Made by a program: the position numbers and the translations under genes. From a bacterium (lineage in GTDB: Bacteria; Actinomycetota; Acidimicrobiia; Spongiisociales; ZC4RG35): a stretch of 64,000 bases of DNA. Below, one piece after another: positions 59,217 to 64,000 of this stretch. The notes beneath the pieces were generated by a model. That model was not told the origin of the DNA, made no database searches, and saw nothing but the letters and a program-made list of their open reading frames with translations. The stretch covers positions 20,361-84,360 of the forward strand of contig JAPPFD010000009.1 of NCBI GenBank assembly GCA_028823995.1, read 5' to 3'. The stretch's first letter is position 1; each line of letters begins with the position of its first letter.

Positions 59217-60383
59217 ATGCACATCCTGCGACTCCCCGCACTGGGGGAAACCATGGAGATGGGCACCATCATCGCCTGGTACAAGGCCGAGGGAGAGGAA
59301 GTGGCGGTCGGCGACGCCCTCTATGAGGTGGAGAACGAGAAGAGCGCCATCGTGGTGGAGGCGATGGGGGCGGGCACCCTGGCCAGGATCGTGGCTCCCG
59401 TCTCCACCGAGGTCCGGGTAGGCGCAGCGGTGGCGGTCATGGCGGAGGTGGGCAGCACGCCCACTCCGGCGCAGATCGCCGAACTCCTCTCTGGGGAGGC
59501 GGTCGCCGGCGCCCCGGCGGCGCCCGTCCCGGCGCCCGCTCCGAGGCCGGAGAGGAAGGACCCCGGGCCGAAAGAACGCATACGGGCCATGCCCAAAGCC
59601 CGGGCGCTGGCCAAGAGCCTCGGGGTTGACCTGGCCGGCGTGCAGGGCACGGGCCGGGCCGGGATCATCACCCCTGACGACGTGGAGGCGGCTGCCGCCG
59701 ATGAGGGTCCATCCGGTCCCCAGGTCCGGGAGCGGCGTCCCCTGCGCGGATATCCCCGGGCGATGGCGGCCGCCATGGCCCGCAACTGGACGGAGATCCC
59801 CCACTTCTCCCAGACGGTGTCCGTGTGGGCCGGGCCTCTCCTCATCCGCCTGGCGGCGCGCCGGTCGGAGGGAATGGAGGTCTCCCTCAACGATCTGATG
59901 GTCGCCGCGGTGGCCGAGGCCTGCCGCGAGGTCCCGGAGGTGAATGCCGCTCTGGACGGGAGGTCGGTGATCGTGTACGACGAAGTGAACCTGGCCGTGG
60001 GAGTCGACACGTCCCACGGATTGGCCGCACCGGTGGTGCACGGGGCCGACCGGATGGGTCTGGAGGAACTGGCCGGGGAGATACGCCGTCTCGCCGATGC
60101 CGCCCGCCGAAGAAAGCTCACCTTTGAGGACGTCGCGGGCGCCACCATCACCACGTCCAACCTGGGCCCGAGAGGAGTCGACTTCGGGACCCCGATCATC
60201 AGCCTGAACACGGCTGCCACCATCTACTTCGGAACTATTGAGGAACGGCCGATGGTGGTGGACGGCCAGGTTGTGGCCGGGCCGACCTTTTACGTGTCGG
60301 GAGCCTTCGATCACCGGGTGGTGGACGGGGCTACGGGAGCCCGCTTCCTCCGGGCGCTGGGGGCCGTCCTGGAATCGGAGTAG
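59217..60383 (+). CDS. dihydrolipoamide acyltransferase (E2 component)
   Basis: GAGGAGG RBS. An N-terminal lipoyl domain (VENEKSAIVVEAMGAG) is followed by an Ala/Pro linker, a PSBD and the catalytic domain (…DHRVVDGA). Confidence 0.9.
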   Translation: MHILRLPALGETMEMGTIIAWYKAEGEEVAVGDALYEVENEKSAIVVEAMGAGTLARIVAPVSTEVRVGAAVAVMAEVGSTPTPAQIAELLSGEAVAGAPAAPVPAPAPRPERKDPGPKERIRAMPKARALAKSLGVDLAGVQGTGRAGIITPDDVEAAAADEGPSGPQVRERRPLRGYPRAMAAAMARNWTEIPHFSQTVSVWAGPLLIRLAARRSEGMEVSLNDLMVAAVAEACREVPEVNAALDGRSVIVYDEVNLAVGVDTSHGLAAPVVHGADRMGLEELAGEIRRLADAARRRKLTFEDVAGATITTSNLGPRGVDFGTPIISLNTAATIYFGTIEERPMVVDGQVVAGPTFYVSGAFDHRVVDGATGARFLRALGAVLESE

Positions 60384-60396
60384 GTGAGCCTCTGAG

Positions 60397-62025
60397 ATGA
60401 CCTCCGACGGACCCGCTCGCCGCGGGGATGGTCTGGTCGAGAACCTGTTGCGACGGGCAGCCCTGGGAGACATGGTGCGGAGGCAGGCGGCTCGACAGGG
60501 GGACAAGCCGGCCATCATCGCCCGATCGGGGAGCGGGAGCCGGCGGGTGATCACCTACCGGGACCTGGACCGGCTCTCCAACCGGGTGGCTCACGGGCTG
60601 GCCCGCCTGGACGTGGGCCGGGGCGACCGGGTGGCGGTGATGAGCCACAACGCGCCGGAAGCGGTCGGCGTCTACTACGGCGTCCTGAAACAGGGCTCGG
60701 TGTTCACCTCCCTTAATCCCTCCTACACCCCGGCGGAAGTGGCGCTGCAGGTAGACCACTCCACTCCCCGGGTGGTGATCGCCGGGCCCGGAATGGCCGA
60801 GCGGGCCCGGGCCGGGGTGGCCGGAACCCGGGACAGGCCCCGCCTGGTGGTGATGGACGGGACCCCGGAACCGGGCGAGATCGGCTTCTCCGAGATGCTG
60901 GACGGAGCGTCCGGTGACATGCCCGAGGCGCTTGTGGACGAGAACGACCTGGCGATGGTGATGTACACCAGCGGCACCGAGAGCGTCCCCAAGGGGGTGA
61001 TGGTCACCCACCGGGCGATGATGATTTCCACCACCCCCTCCTGGTCGTACGAGAGGTACGTGGAGACAACGGATGTGTTCCTGCTGCTGGCGCCGGTGTA
61101 CACCATGGCCGGAACCGGAGCGGTGACCAACCTGATCTCGATGGGAGCGACGCTGGTGATGATTCCCCGCACCGAGCCGGGGGCGGTCCTGGAGGCCATC
61201 GAGGCCGAGGGGGTGACCAACACCTCGCAGACCCCCACCTTCTACCACCGCATGATCCGCCACCCCGACTTCGGGCGGCGGGACCTCTCCTCTCTTCGCC
61301 AGGCGCACGTGTACGGAGGCCCGATCCCCTTCGGGGTGGTGTCAGAACTGTCACGGCGCGCTCCCGGGGTGACCTGGGCCACCTACTGGGGCCAGTCCGA
61401 GCTCAGCCAACTGGGGGTGATCGGGTTCTTCAAAGACCCCTCGGATGTCCCGGAGGGGGACTCCCGCTGGATCGGCAGACCGACCCCCCACGTGGAGGTG
61501 AGGGTGGTGGACGAGGGGGGCGTCGATTGCGAGGTGGGCGAGTTGCTGTGCCGCTCTCCGGGCGTTATGGAGGGCTACTACCGGAACCCCCGGGCCACCG
61601 ACGCCGTGCTCCGGGACGGCTGGCTGCACACCGGCGACGTGGTCCGCCTCGACCCGGATGGCAACCTGTTCTTCCATGACCGGCTGAAGGACATGATCAA
61701 GACGGGAGGGATGAACGTCTCGTCGGCCGAGGTCGAGGAGACCATCCGCATGCACCCCGGGGTGATGGAGGCGGCCGTGGTGGGGATGCCTCACCCGGAG
61801 TGGACCGAGGCGGTGACCGCGGCGGTGGTGGCGGGACCGGATGCAAGCCCCTCCCAGGTGGAGCTGATCGAGTTCTGCCGGGCGCGCCTGGCCGGTTACA
61901 AGACGCCCAAGCGAGTAGAGTTTGTGTCTGATTTGCCGATCGACTCCCAGGGCAAGGTCCGCAAGCGCGAGCTGCGAGAGATGCTGGGGAATCCCGGCGT
62001 TCGCGCCCGCCAGGAGAGAACATGA
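60397..62025 (+). CDS. AMP-dependent acyl-CoA synthetase/ligase
   Basis: MYTSGTESVPKGVMVTH, ...YGQSE... and C-terminal GKVRKREL motifs. Confidence 0.85.
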   Translation: MTSDGPARRGDGLVENLLRRAALGDMVRRQAARQGDKPAIIARSGSGSRRVITYRDLDRLSNRVAHGLARLDVGRGDRVAVMSHNAPEAVGVYYGVLKQGSVFTSLNPSYTPAEVALQVDHSTPRVVIAGPGMAERARAGVAGTRDRPRLVVMDGTPEPGEIGFSEMLDGASGDMPEALVDENDLAMVMYTSGTESVPKGVMVTHRAMMISTTPSWSYERYVETTDVFLLLAPVYTMAGTGAVTNLISMGATLVMIPRTEPGAVLEAIEAEGVTNTSQTPTFYHRMIRHPDFGRRDLSSLRQAHVYGGPIPFGVVSELSRRAPGVTWATYWGQSELSQLGVIGFFKDPSDVPEGDSRWIGRPTPHVEVRVVDEGGVDCEVGELLCRSPGVMEGYYRNPRATDAVLRDGWLHTGDVVRLDPDGNLFFHDRLKDMIKTGGMNVSSAEVEETIRMHPGVMEAAVVGMPHPEWTEAVTAAVVAGPDASPSQVELIEFCRARLAGYKTPKRVEFVSDLPIDSQGKVRKRELREMLGNPGVRARQERT

Positions 62026-63047
62026 ACGACGCCAAGCCCCTGCTGGAGGCCGAAGACCTCCACAAGCACTTCGTCATGACCGGAGCGTTGGGGTTCGGCG
62101 GCCAGGGGGTGGTCAAGGCGGTGAACGGGATCGACCTCCGGCTGTGGCCCGGGGAGACGCTGGGTGTGGTGGGTGAGTCGGGCTGCGGCAAGACCACCCT
62201 GGCCCGCCTGTTGCTGCTCCTGGAGTCTCCCACCGCGGGACGGATTTTCTTCCAGGGCAACGAGGTGAGCATCGACTACTCGAGGGAGCAATTGGTCGAC
62301 TACCGCCGCAACGTGCAGGTGGTCTTTCAGGATCCCTTCTCCTCGCTCTCTCCCCGCATGAGGATCCGCGACATCATCGCCGAGCCGATCCGGTCGGCCG
62401 GCGAACAGAGCGCCGAGGAGGCCAATGACCGGGTGGGGGAGGTGATGAGCCAGGTGGGACTCGACTACGGGGCGCACGCCGATCTCTACCCCCACGAGTT
62501 CAGCGGCGGCCAGCGGCAGCGGATCGCCATCGCCCGGGCCCTGGCGCCCAACCCGAAGGTGGTGATCCTGGACGAGCCGGTCTCCGCCCTGGACGTCTCC
62601 ATCCGAGCCCAGGTGATGAACCTGCTGGCCGATCTCCAGGAGCGCTTCGACCTGGCCTACCTGCTCATCTCCCACGACCTGAGCGGGGTGGCTCACCTCT
62701 CCGACCGGGTGATGGTGATGTACGTGGGCAGGGTGATCGAGTTGGCCGGCGCCGAGTCGTTGTTCTCCACCCCCGCCCATCCGTACACCGAGGCACTCCT
62801 GTCGGCGGTCCCGCCGGCCCATCCCGACATAGAGAGCCAGGAGATCATTCTGGAGGGTGAGGTCCCGAGCCCGATCGACCCCCCGGGAGGGTGCACCTTC
62901 CACCCGCGCTGTCCTTATGTGATGGAGCAGTGCTCCGATGTGGCCCCCGAGCACGGCGAGTTGGAGCCGGGTCACGGGGTCTCATGCCATCTCTACCCGG
63001 GATCGGGCACCCGGTCGTGGCAACAGGTCGCCGTGGGGAGCCAATAG
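62022..63047 (+). CDS. ABC transporter ATP-binding protein, oligopeptide/dipeptide (OppF/DppF) type
   Basis: GESGCGKTT, FSGGQRQRIAIARAL and ILDEPVSALD motifs, plus an Opp-type C-terminal extension (HPYTEALLSAVP...CxFxxRCP). There is an ATGA overlap with the upstream ligase. No permease or binding-protein gene is adjacent. Confidence 0.85.
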   Translation: MNDAKPLLEAEDLHKHFVMTGALGFGGQGVVKAVNGIDLRLWPGETLGVVGESGCGKTTLARLLLLLESPTAGRIFFQGNEVSIDYSREQLVDYRRNVQVVFQDPFSSLSPRMRIRDIIAEPIRSAGEQSAEEANDRVGEVMSQVGLDYGAHADLYPHEFSGGQRQRIAIARALAPNPKVVILDEPVSALDVSIRAQVMNLLADLQERFDLAYLLISHDLSGVAHLSDRVMVMYVGRVIELAGAESLFSTPAHPYTEALLSAVPPAHPDIESQEIILEGEVPSPIDPPGGCTFHPRCPYVMEQCSDVAPEHGELEPGHGVSCHLYPGSGTRSWQQVAVGSQ

Positions 63048-63051
63048 GTCG

Positions 63052-64000
63052 ATGGAGTTCGGAATCAGTATCCCCAATTTCAGGGGAGCCGCCCATGTCG
63101 GGACCTTCCGCAGGGTGGCCGAAGCGGCCGAGGAGGCGGGATTGGACGACGTGTGGATCGGAGACCACATCGTGCTGGCCAGGAACATCACCTCCCCCCA
63201 TCCCTACAGCGGGAAGGAAGAGATCAACGGCCCCCGGCCGTGGAGCGAGGCGGGGATCGGGGACATGGACGCCGACGAACCGGTGTACGAACCGCTGACG
63301 CTGCTCGGTTTCCTGTCGGCGCTCACCCGGCGGATCCGGCTGGCCCTGGGGACATTGGTGGTCCCCTTGCGGCATCCGGTGGTGGCGGCCAAGATGCTCT
63401 CCACCCTGGACGTGCTGTGCGGCGGGCGGTTGATCCTGGGGGTGGGGGTGGGGTGGATTCCCGAGGAGTATGCGGCGGTGGACGCCTCCTGGGCGGACCG
63501 GGGCGCGGTCACCGACGAGTACCTGGATGTGATGACCCTGTTGTGGCGAGAGGATCATCCGGGATTCGAGGGGCGGTTCTACAGCCTCCCTCCCGACATC
63601 TGCTTTTTCCCGAAGCCCGTGCAGAGGACCATCCCCATCTGGGTGGGTGGAAACAGCCTGCCGGCCCGCCGGCGGGCCGCCCGGATAGGCACCGGGTGGC
63701 ACGGAGCGTTCGTTCTCCCCGACCGAATCCCGGAGATCCGGGAGGACATCGTGGAGAGGCTGGCGGGATACGGCCGGGATCCGGAAGGATTCGTGTACTC
63801 GAACCGGGTGAACCTGGAGGTGTCTGATCGCGCCGATCCGGACCACCCGTGCCGAGGGTCGGTGGAGCGGATCGTCGACTCGATGGAGAGATACGCCGAG
63901 GCGGGGACCACCCACCTCCAGATCGCCACCCCGCCCGGGCCGGAGACCGAGGACATCCTGGAGCAGTTGGAACTGTTCGTGACCGAGGTCCGCCCCAGGC
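63052..64000 (+). CDS. LLM-class flavin/F420-dependent oxidoreductase (3' end beyond window)
   Basis: MEFGISIPNFRGAAHVGTFRRVAEAAEEAGLDDVWIGDHIVLA...LGVGVGWIPEEY is open to the window end. It is absent from the ORF track because it has no stop inside the window. Confidence 0.75.
   Translation, partial: MEFGISIPNFRGAAHVGTFRRVAEAAEEAGLDDVWIGDHIVLARNITSPHPYSGKEEINGPRPWSEAGIGDMDADEPVYEPLTLLGFLSALTRRIRLALGTLVVPLRHPVVAAKMLSTLDVLCGGRLILGVGVGWIPEEYAAVDASWADRGAVTDEYLDVMTLLWREDHPGFEGRFYSLPPDICFFPKPVQRTIPIWVGGNSLPARRRAARIGTGWHGAFVLPDRIPEIREDIVERLAGYGRDPEGFVYSNRVNLEVSDRADPDHPCRGSVERIVDSMERYAEAGTTHLQIATPPGPETEDILEQLELFVTEVRPR

Overview
This is a ~68% GC chromosomal segment. It is densely packed with genes, many coupled by ATGA/GTGA/TGATG start-stop overlaps. 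The gene content points to Actinomycetota, possibly Acidimicrobiia-like: F420-type LLM and PPOX enzymes, a UPF0182 protein, an initiator tRNA and class II RNR.

Gene content from start to end:
- An ABC-2 exporter with ATPase and two permeases, on the minus strand.
- A lower-GC stretch with a nucleotidyltransferase-fold protein.
- A minus-strand run nrdJ (class II B12 ribonucleotide reductase) -> MOSC protein -> beta-class N6A/N4C DNA methyltransferase.
- A UPF0182 membrane protein, tRNA-fMet and typA.
- A dual-specificity phosphatase coupled to an acyltransferase-3 protein with inserted ankyrin repeats.
- An AT-rich intergenic region with four 23-bp tandem repeats in front of a DUF4143 AAA ATPase.
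- An ArsC/LMW-PTP gene and a second ABC-2 exporter.
- A translationally coupled three-gene operon (unknown 409-aa protein + two-HKD PLD nuclease + 1108-aa SNF2-like helicase).
- A long run of acyl-CoA, ketoacid and lipid metabolism genes, including an Erg6-type sterol C-24 methyltransferase homolog.

The three-gene operon looks like an uncharacterised anti-mobile-element defence module and is the most interesting item in the window. The many long antisense or overlapping ORFs in the six-frame track are high-GC artefacts.
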